Of a stretch of DNA of 64,000 nucleotides, positions 8,211 to 16,854 are shown piece by piece (position 1 is the stretch's first letter; each line of letters opens with the position of its first letter). Source of the DNA: an uncultured Microthrixaceae bacterium (GTDB lineage Bacteria; Actinomycetota; Acidimicrobiia; Acidimicrobiales; DATDAH01). The translations under genes and the position numbers were made by a program. The stretch is taken from assembly GCA_964470715.1 (NCBI GenBank), contig CAYYDZ010000002.1:591-64590 (forward strand), written 5' to 3'. The notes under the pieces were generated by a model. That model had not been told where the DNA came from, ran no database searches, and saw only the letters and a program-made list of their open reading frames with translations.

Positions 8211-9140
8211 TCAACTCCCGGGCTGGCGGGCGTCGTCGACCAGGGCGGTGATCCCGTCTGTGACCGAGCGCAGGGGGACGTGCCAGCGGGACATCCTCGT
8301 CGGTGAACCGACGCGATGCGCGACCCCACCCGGCTTTGCGGTGTCACCACAGATGGTCGGGGCGTACCCCATCGCCTCGGCAGCGAGGCCGGCGATCTGG
8401 GCGAACGTGGTGCCGACCCCTGTGCAGACGTTGAGGGGGGCCGCGCCCTCGAGGTGTTCGTGGGACTCGACGATGGTGGCGACCGCGTCATCGACGTGGA
8501 TGAAGTCGCGGGTCTGCCCACCGCCGCCCCACACGACGAGCGGATCGAGGCGGTCGACGGCTCGGGAGACGATCGCCGGCACCGGGTAGTCCGCCGTCTG
8601 ACTCGGGCCGTACACCGTGAAGGGGCGGTAGAGCCCGATCGGCAGGTCGAACTGCTCGCTGACGGCGAGGGCGATCCGCTCGCCGGTGAGCTTCACCCAG
8701 CCGTAGACGCCGTCGGGCACACCGACGCGCGCGGTGGACAAGTCGACCACCGATTCCTCGAGCCCTCCCGGGGCGGGGTCGCCCGTGAACGGGTACACGG
8801 CCGACGACGACAGGTAGACGGCGGCCCGGGGCCGCGTGCGGGCGACGAACCGGAAGAAGGCGCTGTCGAGGGCGAGGTTGCCGACGACGCCCATCGGGTC
8901 GTCCTCGATGCGTTGACGGCCGCCGACGCTGGCCGCGAGATGGAAGACGGCGTCGTAACGGTCGAGGTGGGGGAGCAGGACGCACGCATCGCCGGTGTGC
9001 TCGGTGCCGGTGACCGTGAGGGGAGAGGGGAGGAGGTCGACGGTGTCGACCACGTCATAGCGATCGGCGAGGGCCGGCACGAGGTGTCGACCGATGAAGC
9101 CCGAGGCGCCGGTGACCAGCGCCCGGCGCACGGCGCTCAC
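8211..9140 (-). CDS. NAD-dependent sugar epimerase/dehydratase
   Basis: C-terminal 309 codons of ORF 8211..9662. I place the start at the GTG at 9140..9138, overlapping the GT4 TGA (GTGA). Motifs: VSAVRRALVTGASGFIGRHLV Rossmann and a YGWVK (YxxxK) motif. Confidence 0.8.
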   Translation of the reverse strand: MSAVRRALVTGASGFIGRHLVPALADRYDVVDTVDLLPSPLTVTGTEHTGDACVLLPHLDRYDAVFHLAASVGGRQRIEDDPMGVVGNLALDSAFFRFVARTRPRAAVYLSSSAVYPFTGDPAPGGLEESVVDLSTARVGVPDGVYGWVKLTGERIALAVSEQFDLPIGLYRPFTVYGPSQTADYPVPAIVSRAVDRLDPLVVWGGGGQTRDFIHVDDAVATIVESHEHLEGAAPLNVCTGVGTTFAQIAGLAAEAMGYAPTICGDTAKPGGVAHRVGSPTRMSRWHVPLRSVTDGITALVDDARQPGS

Positions 9141-10717
9141 GTTGCCGGCCCCGTGCCGGCCGGTAGGTCGGCATCGGCGAGGATGCGAAGGAGCGAGGCG
9201 CGGAAGTTCTCGTAGGAGAAGGTGCTGCTGCGCAGGATCGCGGCGTCCGCCATCATCGCCAATCGGTGCGGTTCGCCGATGAGGCGCAGGGTGGCCGCTA
9301 CCAACTCGTCGAGCGTCTCGAAGAGCACCCCCGAATGCCACTGCTCGATCACCTCGGGCTGACCGGCCCTCGCGTAGGAGAGCGGGACGCACCCTGCGGC
9401 CATGGCCTCGACGGTCGTCATGCCGAAGTGCTCGAAGCGGTCGGGCTCGACATCGGGGTCCTCGCCGTAGCCCGTGGCGTTCCAGTACAGGCGGCTCTCG
9501 CCGTAGAGACGGGCCAGGGTGGCGAGCGGTGCATCGGGATGGAACACGATCGGATAACCGACGGCCGCCGCGCGGCATCGCTCGAGGTAGCTCGCGGCGG
9601 CGGCGTCGTGGCGAGTGCCACCGACGAGGTGGTACTCCCAACCCTCGAGGCCGTCGTCGCACAGTCGCTTGAAGAGCTCGATCATGCGCAGCTGCTTCTT
9701 GCTGTGGCCCTCCACGAAGAACCGGCCGACGCTGATGATCTGTTGCTTCTTCGCTGCCGGGGCGAACTGGCCGACCTGCACCGGTGGATAGAGCAGCTCG
9801 CTCGCTCGCCCCAGCCGCCGGGCGATCCAGCGCTGCGTGAAGTGGGAGTTGGCGAGCAGCAGGTCGTAGGTGTCGACGGCGTCGTAGAACCGGCAGTGGT
9901 CCGTCCAGCGGTCGAGGCCCGCGGGCCCCGTGACGACCGGTCGGCGCCCGCCTTGGCTCGCTGCGATCGAGGCGATGCGCACGCCGAGGCGGGCACGGTC
10001 ATCGGTTCGGTTGCGGGTGGGTTCAAACGTCGAGCTGGTCACATCGACGAGCACTGGTCGGCCAGACGCGGTGACCGCGGTCGGGACGACCAGGTCGAGG
10101 GTCACGTACCCGTGGTCGGGGAGGGTGACGGCCGGGCCGAGAGCGACCCCGTCCGCACGGACCACGACCTCGGCCGGCGGCTCGTCGCGGTGGCGGATGC
10201 TGGCGAGGCAAAGGGTCAGCGCGACGGGCGCGGGGCGCGCGCCCGACAGGGCGAAGCGACCGCACCCGTCGGTCCAGGCGAAGGGGCCGTGGTAGTCGGA
10301 CTCGAGCCGGTAGAGCCCGCCGATCGCCTCGATCACCGGTCCGGGGGCATCGAGGCGACGGGGGACCGGCCGCACGACACCGGCGCTGGCGGGCGGTTCG
10401 GGCGGGAAGAAGACCTGCATCACGTTGAACCGGGCGTAGGCGCGGACGTGATCCAGGTAGGAGCAGTTGACGAAGAGGTCGTAGTCGCGGGTCGCCTCGG
10501 ACACCCCGCGGTAGTGCATGGGGTCCTCCGGCACGACCCGACAGCCGACCTCGGCGAGATCGAAGCCGAGGATCTCGCGGAATCGGTCCCAGTCGGGCGG
10601 CTCGTGGGTGATCACGTCGACTGGTCCGAACGCTGCGAGGGTGAGCGCGAACGCCCCGAGGGTCTGCTCGCCCCCGCCGAGCGTGGCCACCCACTGGTTG
10701 TAGATGAGCGACCTCAT
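9137..10717 (-). CDS. Glycosyltransferase family 4 (GT-B fold) with a central insertion
   Basis: Part of ORF 9137..10753. The preferred start is the ATG at 10717..10715 (MRSLIYNQWVATLGGGEQ), which overlaps the upstream stop (ATGA). The C-terminal EHFGMTTVEAMAAGCVP motif (E-x7-E) is typical of GT4. Confidence 0.8.
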   Translation of the reverse strand: MRSLIYNQWVATLGGGEQTLGAFALTLAAFGPVDVITHEPPDWDRFREILGFDLAEVGCRVVPEDPMHYRGVSEATRDYDLFVNCSYLDHVRAYARFNVMQVFFPPEPPASAGVVRPVPRRLDAPGPVIEAIGGLYRLESDYHGPFAWTDGCGRFALSGARPAPVALTLCLASIRHRDEPPAEVVVRADGVALGPAVTLPDHGYVTLDLVVPTAVTASGRPVLVDVTSSTFEPTRNRTDDRARLGVRIASIAASQGGRRPVVTGPAGLDRWTDHCRFYDAVDTYDLLLANSHFTQRWIARRLGRASELLYPPVQVGQFAPAAKKQQIISVGRFFVEGHSKKQLRMIELFKRLCDDGLEGWEYHLVGGTRHDAAAASYLERCRAAAVGYPIVFHPDAPLATLARLYGESRLYWNATGYGEDPDVEPDRFEHFGMTTVEAMAAGCVPLSYARAGQPEVIEQWHSGVLFETLDELVAATLRLIGEPHRLAMMADAAILRSSTFSYENFRASLLRILADADLPAGTGPAT

Positions 10718-11502
10718 CGGAACGACGCGACCCTCCGGCGATGCATCCGCCACGGGGGGTCGACCTGGCGGGCGAGCCCGACGACATCGGCGAACAGCGC
10801 CGCGGCGACCACATCGGGATCACCGGGTGGGCCCTCGAGCGTCATCGCCGAGCCGAGACGTGCCGTCCGGATGCGCGCGGCGCGAGATCTCGGGTGAGCC
10901 GAACGGGGGGACGGCGTGCCCGTGGTCATGGGCTCGACCACCGGGAAGGCGCCGTTGGCGATCGTCGCCGACCACTCGAGGGTTTCGCCGTCCGCTCCGG
11001 GGTCCTCGATCCGCACGTCTCCCAGGCCGAGCTCGATGCCGATGAGGCCCGACACGACCGCGGCCTCGCGAGCGAGCTGCGCTCGTCCGGCGCCGGTGAG
11101 GACGACCTCTTCGACCTGATCGCCGGCGTCGCGGAGCCGTGCCAGCGTGGGCACCAAGGCCGTTCCGGGCAGGAGGGCGGCGCCGAGCCCGACGCGTCGG
11201 TCGGCGATCGCCACCGCGAGGTCGACCGGATCCTCGGTGAAGCAGCTGAGGTCGGCGGTGACCGCCGCGTGTCCCTCACGAATTGCGGTCATGGCGGCGC
11301 GACGGCGAGGGGCGAGGGTGTCCGGGGTCGGCGCCGTCGTGGCGTCGACGACGATCGAGGGCTCGGGGCCGAGCTCGGACGAAGTGCCGAGGGAGAAGCC
11401 CTCGCGACCGGCGAGGTCGCCGCCGAGCGACTCGACGAGGGCACAGAACGCGAGCGCGGTCGGACTCGACGGTGCAAGGACCACCAGGGGTACCCGTCTC
11501 AT
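10714..11502 (-). CDS. Hypothetical protein (only a weak resemblance to the C-terminal part of homoserine dehydrogenases)
   Basis: ORF 10714..11502. Third-position G/C is very high throughout on hand inspection, and the gene is translationally coupled (ATGA) to the GT4 gene. No clear cofactor motif. The resemblance (TLEGPPGDPDVVAAALFADVVGLAR) is from memory only. Confidence 0.55.
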   Translation of the reverse strand: MRRVPLVVLAPSSPTALAFCALVESLGGDLAGREGFSLGTSSELGPEPSIVVDATTAPTPDTLAPRRRAAMTAIREGHAAVTADLSCFTEDPVDLAVAIADRRVGLGAALLPGTALVPTLARLRDAGDQVEEVVLTGAGRAQLAREAAVVSGLIGIELGLGDVRIEDPGADGETLEWSATIANGAFPVVEPMTTGTPSPRSAHPRSRAARIRTARLGSAMTLEGPPGDPDVVAAALFADVVGLARQVDPPWRMHRRRVASFR

Positions 11503-11523
11503 CGGTTCAGCGCGACCGCGGGC

Positions 11524-11859
11524 TCACGTGATGTCGAGCCGACGCACGACGCCGTGCTGCAGGGGATTCAGCACCCGGAGCGCGGCGATGAGCACGATGC
11601 GCTTGGGCGTCAGGGGTGGCTTCGCGTCCCGCGGCGCCTCGACCGTGGCGAACACCTCGGGGTTCGCCTCGGCGGCGAGGCAGCGTTCGCGCCACAGCTC
11701 GACGGAGCGCTCCAGGCCCGTGATCACCTCGCCTCGGGCTACGGTCGACGCGTGCCAGTAGTTGAACTCGTGCAGCGCCTGGATCACCCGTCCCCGTTGC
11801 TCGGCGAGGCTGCGCCAGTACGTCAGGTCGTCCTCGAGGTCGCCGGATGGGGTGGCCAC
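11524..11859 (-). CDS. Hypothetical small protein (111 aa, predicted helical)
   Basis: ORF 11524..11859 with an ATG start, ending 21 nt upstream of the next gene on the same strand. No recognisable family. Confidence 0.45.
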   Translation of the reverse strand: MATPSGDLEDDLTYWRSLAEQRGRVIQALHEFNYWHASTVARGEVITGLERSVELWRERCLAAEANPEVFATVEAPRDAKPPLTPKRIVLIAALRVLNPLQHGVVRRLDIT

Positions 11860-11900
11860 CTGGTCATGTCTACTACAGGGTCCCGGGGGTCAATCCTGCG

Positions 11901-13040
11901 GTGATCCCGGTCCACGAGCCCGTCCTCGGACGAGCCGAGGCCGAGGCCCTTCAGCGCTGCGTGACCGCCGGCGACGCCGGTGGACACAGCCCGACGGTGC
12001 GTGCGTTCGAGGGCGCCTTCGCGGCTCGAGTCGGCTCGCAGCATGGTGTCGCCGCCGCGAGCGGTACGGCGGCGCTGCACCTTGCGTTCGCGGGATTGGG
12101 CATCGGGCCGGGGGACGAGGTCATCGTCCCCTCCTTCACCTTCGCGCCCTGTGCCGACATGGTGAACCTCGTCGGTGCCACACCGGTACTGGTGGACGTC
12201 GACCCGGCCTCGTTCAACCTCACCCCACGGTCGGTGCTCGAGGCGGTGACGACCCACACACGCGCGGTGCTCGCCGTGCACCTCTACGGACACCCGTGCG
12301 ACCTGACGGGATTGGCCGAGGTGTGTGCCGCCGAGGACCTGTTGTTGATCGAGGACTGCGCCCAGGGCCTCGGCGCCCGCCACGCGCACCGACCCGTCGG
12401 ATCGGTGGGCGCCGCCGCCTGCTATTCGTTCTATGCCAACAAGGTGATCACCACCGGTGAGGGCGGCATGGTGACGACCGACGACGCCGACCTCGCCGGA
12501 CGGATCCGCTGGCTGCAACGCCACGCCCAGATTCCCGACGTCGGCGGCGCCTACGTGCACACCGCCGTCGGGTTCAACGACCGGATGTCGGCGTTCGCGG
12601 CCGCCGTGGGCATCGCCCAGCTCGACCGGCTCGACGAGTTCCTCGAGCGGAAGGCGGCCAATGCGCGGCGTTACACCGAAGCGCTGTCCTCAGTGGCCGG
12701 GATACGGCCACCCGCACCCGTTGGCGCGGCCGACCGCCATGCGCACTGGGCCTACGCCATCCTCGTCGACCCCGAGCTCGTCGCCGGTGGGGCCCGGGGC
12801 CTCGGGGATGCACTGCGGGCCTACGGCGTGGAGACACGCGGCTTCTACCAGCCGCTGCATCTCCACCCAGGCGCAACCGAGCGATCGAGGTTCGCGGCGC
12901 CGTTGCGCGTGTGCGAGACCTTCGCCCCCAACGGGTTGGTGCTGCCGTCGGGCAACGCACTTGCGGCTTCCGATGTCGACCACGTGATCACCGTCCTCGC
13001 CGCCTACGCCGCCGGCGCCGGCTCGGACCGGGTTCGATGA
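11901..13040 (+). CDS. DegT/DnrJ/EryC1/StrS-family PLP-dependent sugar aminotransferase
   Basis: Part of ORF 11847..13040. The family-typical N-terminus VIPVHEPVLGRAEAEAL begins at the GTG at 11901. Motifs: ASGTAALHLA, EDCAQGLGA, FYANKVITTGEGG (PLP Lys). The ATG at 11847 would overlap the divergent gene. Confidence 0.8.
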   Translation: MIPVHEPVLGRAEAEALQRCVTAGDAGGHSPTVRAFEGAFAARVGSQHGVAAASGTAALHLAFAGLGIGPGDEVIVPSFTFAPCADMVNLVGATPVLVDVDPASFNLTPRSVLEAVTTHTRAVLAVHLYGHPCDLTGLAEVCAAEDLLLIEDCAQGLGARHAHRPVGSVGAAACYSFYANKVITTGEGGMVTTDDADLAGRIRWLQRHAQIPDVGGAYVHTAVGFNDRMSAFAAAVGIAQLDRLDEFLERKAANARRYTEALSSVAGIRPPAPVGAADRHAHWAYAILVDPELVAGGARGLGDALRAYGVETRGFYQPLHLHPGATERSRFAAPLRVCETFAPNGLVLPSGNALAASDVDHVITVLAAYAAGAGSDRVR

Positions 13041-13110
13041 CTGGGTCTCCCGACTCATTTCGAGGCCTCGGCTGAAGTCGGGCCGAGCGTACGCCGACCC
13101 TCTCCGGAAC

Positions 13111-14382
13111 ATGGCGACCATCGATCTCCAGGCTCCACGGCACATCTCCGACCTCGGCGTCCCCGAGTCGATGACCCTCGACATCGTCCTGCGCCGGGCG
13201 TTGCTCGAGGGGCACACCTCCACGATGCAGCTGGCGACCGCCCTGGCCGTGACCCCGTACTTGATGGAGTCCGCGGTCGAGCACCTCCGGCGGCAGGGCA
13301 TGCTCGAGGTCACCGGGCTCGAGGGGCGGAACCACAAGCTCATGCTCAGCGAGACCGGACGGACGACCGCCGCCGACCGGATGCGTCTGAGCAGGTACGC
13401 CGGGCCGGTGCCGGTGAGCCTCGGCGACTACATGCAGGCGGTCCGGGGCCAGCACCGCCAGCCGAAGATCCACCACGACACCATCCGCCGGGCGTTCACC
13501 GACCTGGTCATCGGTGACCGTCTCCTCGACGAGTTGGGCCCGGCCATCCTGGCCAAGGGCGCCATCTTCTTGTACGGGCCGCCGGGAACGGGCAAGTCAT
13601 CCATCGCCGAGCGGCTGATACGGGTCCACGAGGACGCGGTGGTCGTGCCCCGGGCGGTCGAGGTGGACGGTCAGGTGATCACCGTGTTCGACCCCGTGCT
13701 CCACCGCCCGGTCGAGCCGCAGCCGAAAGGCCTCGACCCCCGATGGGTGCTGTGCGCGCGCCCGAGTGTGATCGTCGGCGGCGAGCTCCGGGCGTCACAG
13801 CTCGACCTCAGCTACGACGCCAACGCCGGCTTCTACGCCGCCCCGCTCCAGATGCAGGCCAACAACGGGATCCTCGTGATCGACGACTTCGGCCGTCAGT
13901 CGATGACCCCCGACGAGCTCCTGAACCGCTGGATCGTCCCCCTGGACCGGGGGGTCGACTACTTGACCCTCGAGAGCGGCCTCAAGTTCGAGTTGCCCTG
14001 CCTCACCAAGATCGTCTTCTCGACGAACATGGAGCCTTCGCACCTCGCCGACGAGGCCTTCTTCCGTCGCATCCGCAGCAAGGTCCTCATCCCGGCCATC
14101 GAGGACCAGGAGTTCGACCAGATCCTCCTCGCGGTGGCGGCATCGTCGGGTGTCACCGTCGCACCCGGCGCCGCCGAGCACCTTCGCGAGGTCAGCCGGG
14201 AGCAGGGCGACGGGGACCTTCGGCCGTACCTGCCCGCCGTGGTCTGCGAGTTGGTGTCGTCGATCAGCGACTACGAGGACATGGACCGCATCCTCGACGT
14301 GGCGATGGTCGACCGTGTGGCCGGCATCTTCTTCACCCATGCAACCTCGATGCGAGAGCCTGCCGCCCAGACCGCCGATTGA
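13111..14382 (+). CDS. AAA+ ATPase with an N-terminal winged-helix-like domain
   Basis: ORF 13111..14382. Walker A is LYGPPGTGKSS and Walker B is GILVIDDFGRQ. The N-terminal ~90 aa (LATALAVTPYLMESAVEHLRRQGMLEVTG) look like a wHTH. The subfamily was not recognised. Confidence 0.7.
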   Translation: MATIDLQAPRHISDLGVPESMTLDIVLRRALLEGHTSTMQLATALAVTPYLMESAVEHLRRQGMLEVTGLEGRNHKLMLSETGRTTAADRMRLSRYAGPVPVSLGDYMQAVRGQHRQPKIHHDTIRRAFTDLVIGDRLLDELGPAILAKGAIFLYGPPGTGKSSIAERLIRVHEDAVVVPRAVEVDGQVITVFDPVLHRPVEPQPKGLDPRWVLCARPSVIVGGELRASQLDLSYDANAGFYAAPLQMQANNGILVIDDFGRQSMTPDELLNRWIVPLDRGVDYLTLESGLKFELPCLTKIVFSTNMEPSHLADEAFFRRIRSKVLIPAIEDQEFDQILLAVAASSGVTVAPGAAEHLREVSREQGDGDLRPYLPAVVCELVSSISDYEDMDRILDVAMVDRVAGIFFTHATSMREPAAQTAD

Positions 14383-14448
14383 TGCCGTCCGGGTCGGTGT
14401 GACTGCGGCCGGGCGCGGCGCGGTGGCTCGGCGATCTAGCGTCGTGGC

Positions 14449-15483
14449 ATGAGCGAGCAGATGAAGGCGATCGTGGTCGAGGACGGCGTGGTGCGGGTCG
14501 GTGACCTCGACGTGCCCGAGCCGACCGCGGGCCAGGCCCTGGTCCGCATCACCACCGCCGGGGTGTGCCACTCCGACCTCCACCTGGCCAAGGGCGACTG
14601 GATGGGGGTGTCGACCCCGCAGCTCGGCCACGAGGCCATCGGTGTCGTCGAGGCGCTCGGCCCGGGCGCCGAGGCCGACGTGGCCGTGGGCCAGCGCGTC
14701 ATCCTCGGCCTCGGTGGTGCCGGCGGTGCCTTCTGGTGCGGCGCCTGTGAGTACTGCCTCGGCGGTCGGCCGCGGCACTGCGCCCAGGCCGGCACGGTGA
14801 TGGGCACCTTCGCCGAGCACTACGCCATCTGGGCCAAGGCGCTCGTGCCGCTGCCCGACAGCATCGGCGACGAGGAGGCGCCGCTCGCCTGTGGTGGTCT
14901 CACCGCCTACAGCGCGGTGCGCAAGCTCATGGCCCACGGCATCCCACCCGGGCGCACGGTGGGCGTCATCGGCGCCGCCGGAGGCCTGGGGCACTACGCC
15001 GTCCAGATCCTGCAAGCCTTCGGCTACCGGGTCCTCGGCGTGGACATCGGCGAGGACCGGCTCGACTTCGTCCGGTCGCTCGGTGCCGAGGAGGCGGTGG
15101 GCATCGACGAGGCGGCCGGGGCGGCGATGGCTCACGGCGGCATCGACGCCGTCCTCGTCTTCGCGGCGCGGGTCGCCGGCTTCCAGCTGGGCCTGTCGAT
15201 GCTGCGCCAGCAGGGGCTCTTCATCGGCGTGGGGCTGCCGCCCACCGAAGACGGCAACTTCGAGATCAGCCCGTTCGAGTTCTTCTGGCGGGACCCCACC
15301 CTCATCTTCTCCGCGGTCGGCACCGTCCAGGAGATGCGCGAACTGGTGGACCTTGCCGCCGCCGGCAAGGTCAAGACCCACGTGTCGCGCACCGGCAGCC
15401 TCTCCGAGGTGCCCCAGATCTTCGAGGAGCTCGAGGCCGGCGCCTACCTCGGCCGAGCGGTGCTGACCGACCTGACCCGGTAG
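14449..15483 (+). CDS. Zinc-dependent alcohol dehydrogenase
   Basis: MKAIVVED..., GVCHSDLH, GHEAIGVV, a structural-Zn Cys cluster CGACEYCLGGRPRHC, and GAAGGLGH. Confidence 0.85.
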   Translation: MSEQMKAIVVEDGVVRVGDLDVPEPTAGQALVRITTAGVCHSDLHLAKGDWMGVSTPQLGHEAIGVVEALGPGAEADVAVGQRVILGLGGAGGAFWCGACEYCLGGRPRHCAQAGTVMGTFAEHYAIWAKALVPLPDSIGDEEAPLACGGLTAYSAVRKLMAHGIPPGRTVGVIGAAGGLGHYAVQILQAFGYRVLGVDIGEDRLDFVRSLGAEEAVGIDEAAGAAMAHGGIDAVLVFAARVAGFQLGLSMLRQQGLFIGVGLPPTEDGNFEISPFEFFWRDPTLIFSAVGTVQEMRELVDLAAAGKVKTHVSRTGSLSEVPQIFEELEAGAYLGRAVLTDLTR

Positions 15484-15549
15484 CGATCAGCCGGTCCCGG
15501 CCGGGGCGCGCGGCAGACCCGACGACGCCAGGAGCCCCACGGTGACGAG

Positions 15550-16011
15550 GTGGCGGCCCGCTGCGTCGCCCTCGACGTGGACTACCACCTCCCCTCGGGT
15601 TCGGTGCCTGCCCTGCGCGGGGTCGACGCCGCCTTCGCCCGGGGCCGGCTGTCGGTGGTGACCGGTCCCTCCGGCTCGGGCAAGTCCTCACTGCTGCGCA
15701 CCCTCACGGGGCGCCAACGGCCGAGTGCCGGCTTCGTCGAGGTCGAGGGGCACGATCTCACTGCGCTGCGGGCGCGACGGCGACGATGGGTGCGGCGGCG
15801 CCACGTCGGCGTCGTCCTCCAGGACCCAGCCGACAACCTCGTGCCGTACCTCCGGGCCCGGGAGCAGGTCGAGCTGGCGGCCCGACTCCGAGGCGCCGAT
15901 CCCGGCGAAGCGGTGGCCCTGCTCGCGGCGGTGGGTCTGAGCGATCACCACGATCGCCTCCCGGCAGCCCTCTCGGGGGGCGAGCAGCCACGCGACGCCG
16001 AGTACACCTAG
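15550..16011 (+). pseudogene. Truncated ABC-transporter ATP-binding protein remnant
   Basis: The ORF encodes Walker A (GPSGSGKSS), the Q-loop region (VVLQD) and the ABC signature LSGGEQ. It then runs PRDAEYT-stop instead of QRVAIARAL, so Walker B and the H-loop are missing. Compare the intact paralogue at 60916..61626. I found no continuation in another frame. Confidence 0.6.
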
Positions 16012-16134
16012 GCCGCGGCGCGAAGGGTCGCCGGTGGGGAAGGATGCGGGGATGCCGTCGTGTCCTCCCGCCGAGCCTCCTGGCGCCGACGCCGCGTCGG
16101 TGGTCCCGGTGGGCCGCAGGGCGGCGAGATCGCG

Positions 16135-16731
16135 ATGAGCGAGACACCGCCACCCGACGCCTCGCGTGTCTCGCCGGGGGCCCGGGTCGAGGAGCTGGTC
16201 GGCCGGGTCAGCGTCCTCGCCCGCCGTCTCTCCCGGCCGATCGGGATCGCCGGCCGCATCGGCCTCGTCGCCGGCGCCGCGGTCTGGTTGCTCCTTCCCG
16301 CGCCGGTGTGGCCGGACCGGCCCCCGTGGTGGTCGAGCTTGGTGTCGCTCATCGTGCTGTGTGCCCCCGGGGCCTGGTTGGTGTTCCACCGTCGATGGCT
16401 GGACCGGGCCTTCGTGCGGGCCACCGAGCTGGCCCCGGCGGCGACGACGACCGCGCTCGAGACCTACGCCAAGGCGCGGACGTCGGCGTCGAGCAGATCC
16501 CGAGGCGCTGGCTCCGACGCGGCTGGTGGGGGCCGGATGCGTCGGGCGTGGCGCTTCTACCGGGGGACCATCTCGCCGCTCCAAGGCCATGTCTCCGACG
16601 CGCTCGGCATCACCGTCCCGTTCCGACCCTTCGCCCTGATCACCAGCGGCGTGGCCCTGCTGCTGACCCTCGTGCTCCTGGTGTGCATCCCGGTGGCCCT
16701 CGTCCTCCGGGTCGTCCTGCTGGCGACCTGA
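16135..16731 (+). CDS. Hypothetical membrane protein
   Basis: Part of ORF 16060..16731, starting at the ATG at 16135 (MSETPPP). It has at least three hydrophobic segments (IAGRIGLVAGAAVWLLL, SLVSLIVLCAPGAWLVF, ALITSGVALLLTLVLLVCIPVALVLRVVLLA). Third-position G/C is high. Confidence 0.55.
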   Translation: MSETPPPDASRVSPGARVEELVGRVSVLARRLSRPIGIAGRIGLVAGAAVWLLLPAPVWPDRPPWWSSLVSLIVLCAPGAWLVFHRRWLDRAFVRATELAPAATTTALETYAKARTSASSRSRGAGSDAAGGGRMRRAWRFYRGTISPLQGHVSDALGITVPFRPFALITSGVALLLTLVLLVCIPVALVLRVVLLAT

Positions 16732-16854
16732 CCGGGCGACCTGTTGACACCGGCCGTGGTGGCCGCGGCGGCGCCGGTTGACGCGGGTGCCCGGTCGCGG
16801 CTCGTCTACCGTGCCCCCAGCGGCCGTCGTGGCCGCCTGGACCGTGGGGGGACC

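Noticed and set aside
11847-11900. ATG at 11847 as the DegT aminotransferase start
   Set aside because: It would overlap the divergent 111-aa gene start (11859). The conserved family N-terminus (V/M)IPVHEP begins at the GTG at 11901.
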